In this document: positions 12,296 to 21,317 of the stretch, in pieces
Position numbering within the stretch: position 1 is the stretch's first letter
Layout of the letters: every line of letters begins with the position of its first letter
Origin: Desulfurococcaceae archaeon
GTDB taxonomy: Archaea; Thermoproteota; Thermoprotei_A; Sulfolobales; Desulfurococcaceae
Assembly (NCBI GenBank): GCA_038888155.1
Contig: JAWAJB010000004.1
Span: forward strand, 110,186-174,185
Direction of reading: 5' to 3'
Length of the DNA stretch: 64,000 nt
Notes under the pieces: generated by a model
The model's database searches: none
Told to the model about the DNA's origin: nothing
Seen by the model: the letters and a program-made list of their open reading frames with translations, nothing else
Made by a program: the position numbers and the translations under genes

Positions 12296-13612
12296 ATGAG
12301 TGTGCCTCAGAAGCCGCACTTGAATCTAATAATAATTGGGCACATAGATCATGGAAAGAGCACAATGGTAGGCAATATATTGTACCGCTTAGGATACTTC
12401 GACGAAAAAACCATGAGGGAAATTGAGGAGCAGGCCAAGAAAATGGGCAAAGAGAGCTTCAGATTCGCCTGGTTGCTTGATAGGTTAAAGGACGAGAGGG
12501 AGAGGGGCATAACAATAAGCCTATCATACATGAAGTTCGAAACCAAGAAGTACTTCTTCACTATCATCGATGCCCCAGGACATAGAGACTTCGTGAAGAA
12601 CATGCTTACAGGCGCCAGCCAGGCAGACGCAGCAATCCTAGTTGTTAGTGCAAGGAAGGGCGAATTCGAGGCCGGAATGAGCGCTGAAGGCCAAACTAGG
12701 GAGCACGCTATACTTGCAAGAACGATGGGCATAAGCCAACTAATAGTAGCCATAAACAAAATGGATGCCACTGAACCTCCTTACAGCGAGAAGAGGTATA
12801 AAGAAGTTGTTGAGATTCTCAGCAAATTCCTAAGAAGCATTGGATTCGATCCTACTAAGATACCTTTCATACCAGTATCTGCTTGGACTGGAGAAAACCT
12901 AATAGAAAGATCGCCTAACATGCCGTGGTACAATGGGCCAGTACTAGCTGAATCGCTAGACCAGCTTGCAGTTCCGCCAAAGCCTTTAGACAAACCTCTT
13001 AGACTGCCCATACAAGATGTATACGTGATCTCCGGTATTGGAACAGTTGCTGTAGGTAGAGTTGAGTCTGGCGTTCTCAAGGTAGGCGACAAAGTATCGA
13101 TAATGCCTCCCTCGCTAACTGCAGAAGTGAAGTCCATAGAGACGCACCACGTTAGAATAGAGAAGGCAGAGCCGGGCGACAACATAGGCTTTAACTTAAA
13201 GGGCGTTGAGAAGAAAGACGTTAAACGCGGCGATGTAATAGGATCCCTTGACAGTCCTCCAACAGTAGCAGACGAGCTAACAGCGCGCATAATGGTGGTA
13301 TGGCATCCCACAGCAATAGCTATTGGCTACACTCCAGTGCTACACATACACACAGCGAGCATTGCCTGCAGGATTACAGAAATTGTCGCCAAGCTAGATC
13401 CTAGAACGGGCAAGGAAGTCGAAAAGAATCCCCAGTTCTTGAAGCAAGGCGATATCGCAATAGTGAAGTTCAAGCCAATTAAGCCGCTAGTAGCTGAAAA
13501 GTACTCAGAGTTCCCAGGTCTCGGAAGGTTTGCCATGAGAGACATGGGCAAAACTGTTGGTATAGGACAAGTCTTGGAGGTAAAGCCAGCTCAGGCAGCT
13601 GCCAAAAAGTAG
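12296..13612 (+). CDS. tuf: Elongation factor 1-alpha
   Basis: GHIDHGKST, DAPGHRDF, NKMD, GRFAMRDMG. Confidence 0.99.
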   Translation: MSVPQKPHLNLIIIGHIDHGKSTMVGNILYRLGYFDEKTMREIEEQAKKMGKESFRFAWLLDRLKDERERGITISLSYMKFETKKYFFTIIDAPGHRDFVKNMLTGASQADAAILVVSARKGEFEAGMSAEGQTREHAILARTMGISQLIVAINKMDATEPPYSEKRYKEVVEILSKFLRSIGFDPTKIPFIPVSAWTGENLIERSPNMPWYNGPVLAESLDQLAVPPKPLDKPLRLPIQDVYVISGIGTVAVGRVESGVLKVGDKVSIMPPSLTAEVKSIETHHVRIEKAEPGDNIGFNLKGVEKKDVKRGDVIGSLDSPPTVADELTARIMVVWHPTAIAIGYTPVLHIHTASIACRITEIVAKLDPRTGKEVEKNPQFLKQGDIAIVKFKPIKPLVAEKYSEFPGLGRFAMRDMGKTVGIGQVLEVKPAQAAAKK

Positions 13613-13700
13613 TTGAAGTTTTCACTGAGCGTGCAATTAAATGATAAGTTTTTATCGAAAGACATTAGTTGTGTAAAACCAACAAAGCCGGGGAATCTCG

Positions 13701-14012
13701 TTGTCGCTACCAAGAATGGTTAAAATAAAAATGTGGAGCACTAACGTAAAGGTACTCGAGGACTTCACTCTAAAGATAGTTGATATTGCCAAGAAAAGCG
13801 GAATAAAGACTAGCGGGCCTATTCCCCTCCCGACAAAAAAGCTTACAATAAGAACGCTAAAGCTACCTCACGGCGAGGGTAAAAAGAAGTACGAAAGGTG
13901 GGAAATGAGGATACACAAGAGGCTACTTTATGTAGCTGAAGACGAGAGAGTAATGAAGCAGCTGATTAGGGTGCGAGTGCCACCAGAAGTTTGGATAGAA
14001 ATCGAGCTCTAA
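13701..14012 (+). CDS. rps10: 30S ribosomal protein S10
   Basis: SGPIPLPTK, WEMRIHKRL. Confidence 0.97.
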   Translation: MSLPRMVKIKMWSTNVKVLEDFTLKIVDIAKKSGIKTSGPIPLPTKKLTIRTLKLPHGEGKKKYERWEMRIHKRLLYVAEDERVMKQLIRVRVPPEVWIEIEL

Positions 14013-14062
14013 GAAACTACATAGTTTTAAGCCCTTTCTCTCTATCCTATTTTTATAGAAGG

Positions 14063-14170
14063 GCCGGGGTGCCCGAGCGGCCTAAGGGGCTGGCCTGGAG
14101 ACTTGAAGCTATACTACCGGGAAGCCAGTGCCCCATAAGGGGCGCGCGGGTTCAAATCCCGCCCCCGGCG
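14063..14170 (+). tRNA. tRNA-Ser(GGA) with 22-nt intron (14101-14122)
   Basis: GCCGGGG/CCCCGGC acceptor, CTGGC-CT-GGA-G[intron]A-GCCAG, long variable arm GCCCC-ATAA-GGGGC. Confidence 0.93.
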
Positions 14171-14270
14171 CCTTTGTGTATTTTTAAAGCTCATTTGAAA
14201 TAGTTTTAAAAGCTGCATTTACCCTAAAAATGTTAGAATTGGGTTCAACATAGTGCTTACGGTGAAGTAA

Positions 14271-14741
14271 TTGGAGAGAGAGTTTAGGAGAATAGTTAGG
14301 ATCTTAGAAACAGATGTAGATGGTAGGCTTCCACTTGTACAAGGCTTAGCTGCTATTAAAGGAGTGGGTTACAACTTCGGTCTAGGCGTGTGCAGAGTTC
14401 TAGGGTTAGATCCAAGCATGAAAACTGGGTACTTAACAGATAATGAAATTAAAAACCTGGAGAGCGTAGTTAAAGAGCCCCTTAAGTACAACATACCCGT
14501 GTGGCTCTGCAACAGGAGAAAAGACCGCTCGCTAGGGAGCGATCTGCACTACACTAGTGCGTCGCTGTTGTTCTATGTCAAGGAAGACATCGAGCACGAG
14601 AAAAGGATAAAAACTTGGCGCGGTGTAAGACACGCTATAGGCTTAAAAGTTAGGGGACAGCGAACTAGGACGACTGGCAGAGCCGGTATAACCGTAGGAG
14701 TTAAGAGGAAAAGAGAGGCTCCGCAACAACAGCAGAAATAA
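14271..14741 (+). CDS. rps13: 30S ribosomal protein S13
   Basis: IKGVG, WRGVRHAIGLKVRGQRTRTTGR. Confidence 0.98.
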   Translation: MEREFRRIVRILETDVDGRLPLVQGLAAIKGVGYNFGLGVCRVLGLDPSMKTGYLTDNEIKNLESVVKEPLKYNIPVWLCNRRKDRSLGSDLHYTSASLLFYVKEDIEHEKRIKTWRGVRHAIGLKVRGQRTRTTGRAGITVGVKRKREAPQQQQK

Positions 14742-14757
14742 TATTGGGTGAAATTGC

Positions 14758-15267
14758 ATGGGCGATCCAAAGAAGTCTAGGAGAACGTGGTCAGGGCCTA
14801 GGCACCCCTGGCGTAAAGAGAGGCTAATGGATGAATCAAGGCTTATAGGAACCTATGGCCTTAGGAACAAGAGAGAGCTGTGGAAGGCTATGTCAACTGT
14901 TAGGTACTTTAGGCACAGGGCGCGCACTCTCCTCGCTGCTCCTCCTGATGTTCGAGAAAAAGAGGAGAAAGTGCTACTCAGTAAGCTAACAGAGCTAGGG
15001 TTAATAAAAGAGGGGGCCAAGCTAGACGACATATTGAACGTGCGCGTAGAGGACCTATTGGAGAGGCGGCTCCAAACAATAATATACAGGAAGGGGCTAA
15101 CGACTTCTATTCAGGAGGCTAGACAGCTAATAATTCACGGACATATAACAATAGGCGGGAGGAAGATTAAATCCCCCGGCTATATTGTGTCCATGAAGGA
15201 AGAGAAGTTAATAGGTTACTATTATAAGAGCCCTTACATAAAGCTACAAGCTAGTGAGTCGGCATAG
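14758..15267 (+). CDS. rps4: 30S ribosomal protein S4
   Basis: YGLRNKRELW, LERRLQT, ARQLIIHGHI. Confidence 0.98.
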   Translation: MGDPKKSRRTWSGPRHPWRKERLMDESRLIGTYGLRNKRELWKAMSTVRYFRHRARTLLAAPPDVREKEEKVLLSKLTELGLIKEGAKLDDILNVRVEDLLERRLQTIIYRKGLTTSIQEARQLIIHGHITIGGRKIKSPGYIVSMKEEKLIGYYYKSPYIKLQASESA

Positions 15268-15270
15268 TGG

Positions 15271-15681
15271 GTGAATGCTGTGTCGTTTGCATTCAGAGAG
15301 CTTAGATGGGGCATGGCTCACATATACAGCAGCTCTAATAACACCTTAATACACATCACAGATCTTTCAGGCGCAGAAACCGTCAGCGTGTCGAGCGGCG
15401 GGAGAGTTGTAAAAGCTGATAGGGAGAAACCAAGCCCGTATGCTGCAATGCTAGCATCCTCTAGGGCGGCAACAGATGCCATGGATAAAGGGATTACAGC
15501 CCTTCACATTAAAGTGCGAGCCCCTGGCGGCCACGGCCCAAAGACCCCCGGACCTGGAGCACAAGCTGCAATAAGGGCGCTCGCAAGATCAGGCTTCGTT
15601 ATTGGCAGAATAGAGGACGTTACGCCAGTACCTCACGACACCACTAGGAGACCGGGTGGAAGGAGGGGTAGGAGGCTCTAA
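15271..15681 (+). CDS. rps11: 30S ribosomal protein S11
   Basis: [24 protein letters not shown]. Confidence 0.98.
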   Translation: MNAVSFAFRELRWGMAHIYSSSNNTLIHITDLSGAETVSVSSGGRVVKADREKPSPYAAMLASSRAATDAMDKGITALHIKVRAPGGHGPKTPGPGAQAAIRALARSGFVIGRIEDVTPVPHDTTRRPGGRRGRRL

Positions 15682-15697
15682 ATTCGAGGTGCTTTAA

Positions 15698-16534
15698 TTG
15701 AAGGTAGATGTATTAGAGAGCAGCCAATTCGCTACAACTCTGCTCATCCAGGGCATTTCTCTACATGTACTCAACTCAATTAGAAGGGCAATTATGAGCG
15801 AAGTTCCGACAATGGCTATCGACTATGTCATCTTCATAGAGAATTCGAGCGTATTTTATGATGAGTATATAGCCCATAGATTGGGGCTAGTCCCTTTGAG
15901 AAGCGATGATGCTTATAAAAGGTACAAGCCCCCAGAGGAGTGCGCAGAGGCTGGCGAAAAGAGAGTATTTTCGGCAGACTGCTTTGCAAAGTTCGATCTT
16001 GAAGCAGAGGGGCCAGAGGGGGGTATTTCTACGATATATAGCAAAAATTTAATTCCAGGCGATCCTCAGATCGCTCCTATTCACGAAAACATACCTATAT
16101 TGAAGCTAGCAAAGGGCCAGAGAATAAAGCTAGAGGCATTTGCTAGGCTCGGGAGAGGGAAAGAACACATTAAATGGAGCCCTGTTAGTGTTGCAATTCA
16201 CAAGTATGTGCCGCTAATAAGCGTAGAACATCATACTTGCAGAAACTGCTCTAAATGCGTTGAGGCCTGCCCTCGCCAAGTATTGTTAGTTGAAGGGGAT
16301 AGAGTCTCTGTGAACATCCAGCGAATACTGAGCTGCAATTTCTGTAGACTGTGCGAACAGGTATGCGAGTACGGTTCAATTAAAGTATCCCACAAGCAAA
16401 ACGAGTATATTTTACACATAAACCTCACGGGCGGCTTAAGCGCGCATAGAGCGCTTATAGAGGCCTCTGAGATCCTCATAAATAAGTTAAATGAGCTAGA
16501 GGAAAGGTTGAAGGCAGCGGGTGTTGTGCAGTGA
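15698..16534 (+). CDS. rpoD: RNA polymerase subunit Rpo3 (D) with ferredoxin-like domain
   Basis: NSIRRAIMSEVP, AHRLGLVPL, two CxxCxxCxxxC motifs. Confidence 0.97.
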   Translation: MKVDVLESSQFATTLLIQGISLHVLNSIRRAIMSEVPTMAIDYVIFIENSSVFYDEYIAHRLGLVPLRSDDAYKRYKPPEECAEAGEKRVFSADCFAKFDLEAEGPEGGISTIYSKNLIPGDPQIAPIHENIPILKLAKGQRIKLEAFARLGRGKEHIKWSPVSVAIHKYVPLISVEHHTCRNCSKCVEACPRQVLLVEGDRVSVNIQRILSCNFCRLCEQVCEYGSIKVSHKQNEYILHINLTGGLSAHRALIEASEILINKLNELEERLKAAGVVQ

Positions 16535-16896
16535 CTGAAGTAAGGGGGAAAACAAATTTAATCTTAAGGGAACTCGTTAAGATCCTAATTAAGTACTCAA
16601 GGGAACACAACGCTAAGTTGTGGCGAGTTATCGCTGAAGATCTCTCTCGAGCTACGAGAACGCGTAGAGCTGTCAATATAAGTAGAATAAATAGGTTCAC
16701 AAACCCAGGGGATTATATCGTGGTTCCTGGAAAGGTACTGGGCGCTGGCAAACTAGATCACCCCGTAGTTGTCGCTGCGCTGAGCTTCTCGAAAACTGCA
16801 ATAGAGAAGATCGGCGCAGCAGGAGGTCGTGCAATAAACATATATGAGCTCTTAAGAGAGAAGCCAGATGGTTCAGGCGTGAGAATTATTGGGTGA
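16531..16896 (+). CDS. rpl18e: 50S ribosomal protein L18e
   Basis: VVPGKVLGAG, FSKTAIEKI. Confidence 0.96.
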   Translation: MTEVRGKTNLILRELVKILIKYSREHNAKLWRVIAEDLSRATRTRRAVNISRINRFTNPGDYIVVPGKVLGAGKLDHPVVVAALSFSKTAIEKIGAAGGRAINIYELLREKPDGSGVRIIG

Positions 16897-17351
16897 GGTC
16901 GATGCAACAAGAGAAAATTCTATATGTTGATGCCTCTGGGCAAATCTTAGGGAGATTGGCCAGCATTGCAGCAAAGAAACTTCTAGAGGGCTACAGCGTG
17001 TACGTCTTCAACGCTGAAAAGGCTGTTCTAAGCGGCGAGAAGAGCAGGGTCGTAAACGGGTATAGGCTGCTCTTCGAGGTAAAGACTCACCTCAACCCGG
17101 AAAGATCTGGAATTAGGCGGCCGAGAAACCCCGTTAGCATATTTAAGCGCGCAGTGAGGGGCATGCTCCCAATAGATAAGCCCCACGGAAGAGAAGCCTA
17201 TAAGAGACTTAAAGCATATATTGGTGTGCCGCCTGAGTATAAGGGCGTAGAGCCAGTAAAGTTCTCAGAAGCTATGTACACTAGGCTCAAGGGGAGGTTT
17301 ATAACAGTAGAGGAAGTTGCTTACGCCATGGGATGGAGGGGTAAGAAATGA
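16893..17351 (+). CDS. rpl13: 50S ribosomal protein L13
   Basis: DASGQILGRLAS, RAVRGMLP. Confidence 0.97.
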   Translation: MRSMQQEKILYVDASGQILGRLASIAAKKLLEGYSVYVFNAEKAVLSGEKSRVVNGYRLLFEVKTHLNPERSGIRRPRNPVSIFKRAVRGMLPIDKPHGREAYKRLKAYIGVPPEYKGVEPVKFSEAMYTRLKGRFITVEEVAYAMGWRGKK

Positions 17352-17782
17352 GCCAAAACGCAGTTGAGCCAACTACACATAAAATAGTGGTGTCAACTGG
17401 TAAAAGAAAGACAAGCGTTGCTCGGGCAATCGTTAGAGCTGGTGAGGGCAGGGTATGGGTGAACAACATACCTCTAGAGGCATACCCCGTTGAACTAGCA
17501 AGAGAGAAGATAGCTGAACCAATACACTTAGCTGGGAGCTTAGCGAAATTCATTGATATAAAGGTAAATGTAAGCGGCGGAGGCGTAATGAGTCAAGCTG
17601 ATGCGTGCAGAGTAGCAATAGCAAGGGGAATTGTAGAGTACTTCGGTGAAGTTGGAAAAGAAATAGAGAAGATCTTTAGAGAATACGATAGGCATATTCT
17701 GAGCGGCGATCCACGACAAACAGAGCCCAAGAAGTGGGGCAGGTATAGCGCTAGAAGGAGGTGGCAGAAGAGCTACAGGTGA
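17348..17782 (+). CDS. rps9: 30S ribosomal protein S9
   Basis: GKRKTSVARA, GGGVMSQA, QKSYR. Confidence 0.98.
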   Translation: MSQNAVEPTTHKIVVSTGKRKTSVARAIVRAGEGRVWVNNIPLEAYPVELAREKIAEPIHLAGSLAKFIDIKVNVSGGGVMSQADACRVAIARGIVEYFGEVGKEIEKIFREYDRHILSGDPRQTEPKKWGRYSARRRWQKSYR

Positions 17783-17788
17783 GGGCAA

Positions 17789-17989
17789 GTGTTGTTCCCA
17801 GTTAGATGCTTTACATGTGGTACTCCTATAGCCCAGCTGTGGGAAGAGTACTTAAGAAGAGTAAGGCAGGGAGAGGAACCAGGTAAAGTGCTTGACGATC
17901 TAGGCGTTAAAAGGTACTGCTGCAGGAGAATGTTCCTCTCTCACGTAGAAATAGCTGACGAAGTTTTATACTTCCCCAAAATATCTTAG
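17789..17989 (+). CDS. rpoN: RNA polymerase subunit Rpo10 (N)
   Basis: [15 protein letters not shown]. Confidence 0.98.
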   Translation: MLFPVRCFTCGTPIAQLWEEYLRRVRQGEEPGKVLDDLGVKRYCCRRMFLSHVEIADEVLYFPKIS

Positions 17990-18001
17990 TGAGGTGTTTA
18001 G

Positions 18002-18625
18002 ATGTCTGATGAGGACAAGCAGCAAATAACTATTGAGCTCCTTGTGTCTATAGACAAATACCTATCAGCGGGCGTCCACATAGGGACGCATATATGCACA
18101 AAGTTCATGGAACCCTACGTCTATAGAGTGAGATCTGACGGAGTGTACATACTTGACGTTAAGAAAATTGACGAGAGGTTGAGAACGGCCGGTAAATTTC
18201 TAGCAAGATACGACCCAGCAAAAATAGCGGTCGTCTCCGTTAGGCTGTACGGAGTTAAGCCTGTTCAGAAAACTTGCCAATATCTTCAATGTAAGCCCTT
18301 CATAGGGAGATTCCTGCCCGGAACATTAACTAATCCATCCCTTAAGTGGTACTTTGAACCAGAGGTAGTTGTATTAACTGACCCGAGAGCAGACTCCCAG
18401 GCACTTAAAGAGGCATCTGAGATAGGGCTACCCGTTGTGGCCTTCGCAGATACAGATAACAGGACTGATTACATTGACCTTATAATACCCGGTAATAACA
18501 AGGGCAGGAAGAGCCTCGCCCTTCTCTACTGGGTGCTCGCTAGACAGGTTCTCAGGGAGAGAGGAGGAATTCCCCCAACTGCTGATTTGCCTGAACAACC
18601 GAGCGAATTTGAGACCTCCGTTTAG
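18002..18625 (+). CDS. rps2: 30S ribosomal protein S2
   Basis: [25 protein letters not shown]. Confidence 0.98.
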   Translation: MSDEDKQQITIELLVSIDKYLSAGVHIGTHICTKFMEPYVYRVRSDGVYILDVKKIDERLRTAGKFLARYDPAKIAVVSVRLYGVKPVQKTCQYLQCKPFIGRFLPGTLTNPSLKWYFEPEVVVLTDPRADSQALKEASEIGLPVVAFADTDNRTDYIDLIIPGNNKGRKSLALLYWVLARQVLRERGGIPPTADLPEQPSEFETSV

Positions 18626-18775
18626 GAGAGCTTGTTTTAAAGTACAACAATATTTTAAGTTGCCCTTTAGTGCAGTCGCTTGAGCGTATTTAGTACACAC
18701 AAGGAGCGGCCTCTAATTTAATAAAGGCCCAATTATCCATAATTTCATTGAGTTACTTAACTTGACAATTTTGAG

Positions 18776-19639
18776 GTGAACACCTTGAAGAAACTGCGTC
18801 GACCCGTAGTTGCTGGCTACTTTTACCCTAGAGATAAAGAAGACCTAATAGAGATGATAGAGTGGTCGTTTAAACACAGACTTGGTCCCGGGAAAACGCC
18901 GAGCTTGAACAAGACTAGAAAACACAATATTTTAGGCTTCATTGTGCCGCATGCGGGTTACACGTACAGTGGACCCATAGCGGCGCATTCTTACTATGAG
19001 GCTGCTTCTGAAGGCGTACCTGAAACAGTAGTCATTCTAGGCACTAACCACACAGGGTATGGTAAGCCAGTCTCTATATACCCAGAAGGCGTGTGGGAGA
19101 CTCCTTTAGGATGGCTTGAAGTGGACTCAGAGCTAGGAGAGAAAATAGCCGAACTCAGCGAAATAGCCGATATTGACGAGTATGCACACTTAGAGGAGCA
19201 CTCAATAGAAGTTCAGCTACCATTCATACAGTACATTTACGGAGATAAAGTAAAGATACTCCCCATTGTTATTGGCGTTCACACCCCAGAGCTAGCCAGC
19301 GATGTTTCCGCCGCAATAGAAAACGCTGTAAGGAGCCTTAACCGCGACGTCATTATAATATCAAGTAGCGATTTTACTCACTACGAGCCCCACGAGACTG
19401 CCCTTGAAAAGGATAGAGCTGCCATTAACGAGATACTCGAACTAGACACTAATGGGTTTTACAGAGTGGTAATAGAAGAGAACGTAACTATATGCGGCCC
19501 TGGCGGGATAATGACCATAATGGAGATGGCTAAATCAGCTGGAGCAAAAGCAGCTCTCTTAAAACACGCTACTAGCGGCGAGATAGGAGGAGATAAATCG
19601 TCTGTCGTAGGTTACGCAACTATAAAGTTCTATAAGTGA
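18776..19639 (+). CDS. MEMO1 family protein
   Basis: VAGYFYP, PHAGYTYSG, EHSIEVQLPF, SSDFTHY, CGPG. Confidence 0.94.
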   Translation: MNTLKKLRRPVVAGYFYPRDKEDLIEMIEWSFKHRLGPGKTPSLNKTRKHNILGFIVPHAGYTYSGPIAAHSYYEAASEGVPETVVILGTNHTGYGKPVSIYPEGVWETPLGWLEVDSELGEKIAELSEIADIDEYAHLEEHSIEVQLPFIQYIYGDKVKILPIVIGVHTPELASDVSAAIENAVRSLNRDVIIISSSDFTHYEPHETALEKDRAAINEILELDTNGFYRVVIEENVTICGPGGIMTIMEMAKSAGAKAALLKHATSGEIGGDKSSVVGYATIKFYK

Positions 19640-19659
19640 GAGCTGCCCGTTAAGAGTAA

Positions 19660-20811
19660 TTGGTGTCAATAGTGAAGAGTGAAGGAAACTATGAGTACAG
19701 GAAGGTAGAGCATGTTGAGATCTGTTTAAGGGATGACATTACATATGGGAAATTCTGCGATGCGCTTTTTAACGAGATGACCTTGGTCCATCAGGCGCTA
19801 CCTGGGCTGAAATACAGCGAGATAGATCTCTCAACTGAGTTCCTCAACTACGAGTTAAATGCCCCGCTGGTAATTGAGGCTATTACGGGGGGACACCCTC
19901 AACTTAAATCAATAAACGAGGGGCTTGCCCACCTCGCCCACGATTTTAAAATAGCTATAGGTGTGGGGAGCCAGAGGCCGCTAATAAAGTCTAACTTCAA
20001 CGATGAGATACTCGAGACCTATAGAGTTGTTAGGGAAATTGCTCACGATGTTCCCCTTATAGGCAACATAGGGATAGCTCAATTGCGCGATTTAGATACA
20101 AACGTGGCGAGAAAAATCGTTGAATCCATAAAGGCAGATGCGCTTGCAATCCACTTAAACCCAGCACAAGAGCTTATACAGCCAGAGGGAGACAGAGACT
20201 TTGAATACGAGCTGCTAGACAAAACAGCCGAGCTTGTAAGAGAGTTGGGAGTGCCGCTGATAATCAAAGAGGTAGGAAACGGTCTTTCAATGGAAGTAGT
20301 AAAGGCGTTTACGAAAATTGGAGTAAGGGCGTTCGACGTTGCTGGTGCATGTGGAACAAACTGGGCTATGGTCGAGGCGCTCAGGAACCCTGAGAACACT
20401 GACGCGCGGAGCTTAGGACTTGTCATTTCACAAATGCCCTGGGGCATACCTACTCCACTCTCGGTCATTGAGACGCGGGCTGCAAGCCCTAACTCAACAG
20501 TTATTGCTAGCGGTGGACTGTGGGACGGCATAAAAGCTGCTAAAACTCTAGCTGTAGGGGGAGATTTGGCTGGATTCGCTAGGCCTATACTGAAAAATCT
20601 CTTAGAGCGAGGTTATGAAGGGGCTAAAAAATTCCTCGAAAAATACATATTAGAGCTTAAAGCTGTTATGTTCCTTACAGGTGCAAGAGCTCCTAAGGAG
20701 CTCTGCAAAAAACCAATCGTGCTTGGTCCAAATATGATTCACTACCTGAGTTCAAGAGGCATTGATGCGGATTTGTATATAAAGGAAACTAGGTGTGGTG
20801 CTTCTATTTGA
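19660..20811 (+). CDS. fni: Type 2 isopentenyl-diphosphate isomerase
   Basis: RKVEH, AITGG, GVGSQR, HLNPAQELIQPEGD, KEVGNG. Confidence 0.96.
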   Translation: MVSIVKSEGNYEYRKVEHVEICLRDDITYGKFCDALFNEMTLVHQALPGLKYSEIDLSTEFLNYELNAPLVIEAITGGHPQLKSINEGLAHLAHDFKIAIGVGSQRPLIKSNFNDEILETYRVVREIAHDVPLIGNIGIAQLRDLDTNVARKIVESIKADALAIHLNPAQELIQPEGDRDFEYELLDKTAELVRELGVPLIIKEVGNGLSMEVVKAFTKIGVRAFDVAGACGTNWAMVEALRNPENTDARSLGLVISQMPWGIPTPLSVIETRAASPNSTVIASGGLWDGIKAAKTLAVGGDLAGFARPILKNLLERGYEGAKKFLEKYILELKAVMFLTGARAPKELCKKPIVLGPNMIHYLSSRGIDADLYIKETRCGASI

Positions 20812-21317
20812 GCGAACAGTATGTTTTTCCTGAGGTCTTCATAAAGGGATACTCTAATGGTAAATATATTTGCTTCACAAGTGGCGCTTACGTTTTGTCC
20901 CTAAAAGCAGATAGCTCGGTTAAGTGCGATGAAGCGTACGGCTTGATTCCATATGAGAGATTGACCGAGTTCATAGACTTTGAGAAAGGGAAACTTAAGA
21001 CATCCGTGATCACTCTGCGCGAGGAGCTGGGAAAAGAGATTTACGAGGGGTATATAGTAGAGCCAGATGCAGAGCTATGCCTGCAGGAAATTGTGGGCAA
21101 CTACATATACTTTCTAAAGGACGATGGATCAAACGTTAAAAGGGGCAATAAATTAGCCTACATTGTAACGAATAAACTTGAGGCTAGAAGCGTAAAGTCG
21201 CGCTGCGATGGCCTGCTTTTATTTATTATAGATATGCCCTGGATGGAACCTAAAAGGGGGCTACTCGTGGTGGTAAAGAGTGGGTATAGACGCGCAACTA
21301 TTAGAAAAAGTGCGTGA
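20808..21317 (+). CDS. DUF2118-like protein
   Basis: TTG overlapping the fni stop; V.RG.KLAYIVT.K.E.R...S..DG pattern; position next to fni/gltX. Confidence 0.6.
   Translation: MSEQYVFPEVFIKGYSNGKYICFTSGAYVLSLKADSSVKCDEAYGLIPYERLTEFIDFEKGKLKTSVITLREELGKEIYEGYIVEPDAELCLQEIVGNYIYFLKDDGSNVKRGNKLAYIVTNKLEARSVKSRCDGLLLFIIDMPWMEPKRGLLVVVKSGYRRATIRKSA

Noticed and set aside
13991-14203. ORF across tRNA-Ser(GGA) (also 49288-49548 and 59826-60014 across tRNAs)
   Set aside because: GC-rich tRNA read-through with no integrase-like N-terminus, unlike 59766-59975
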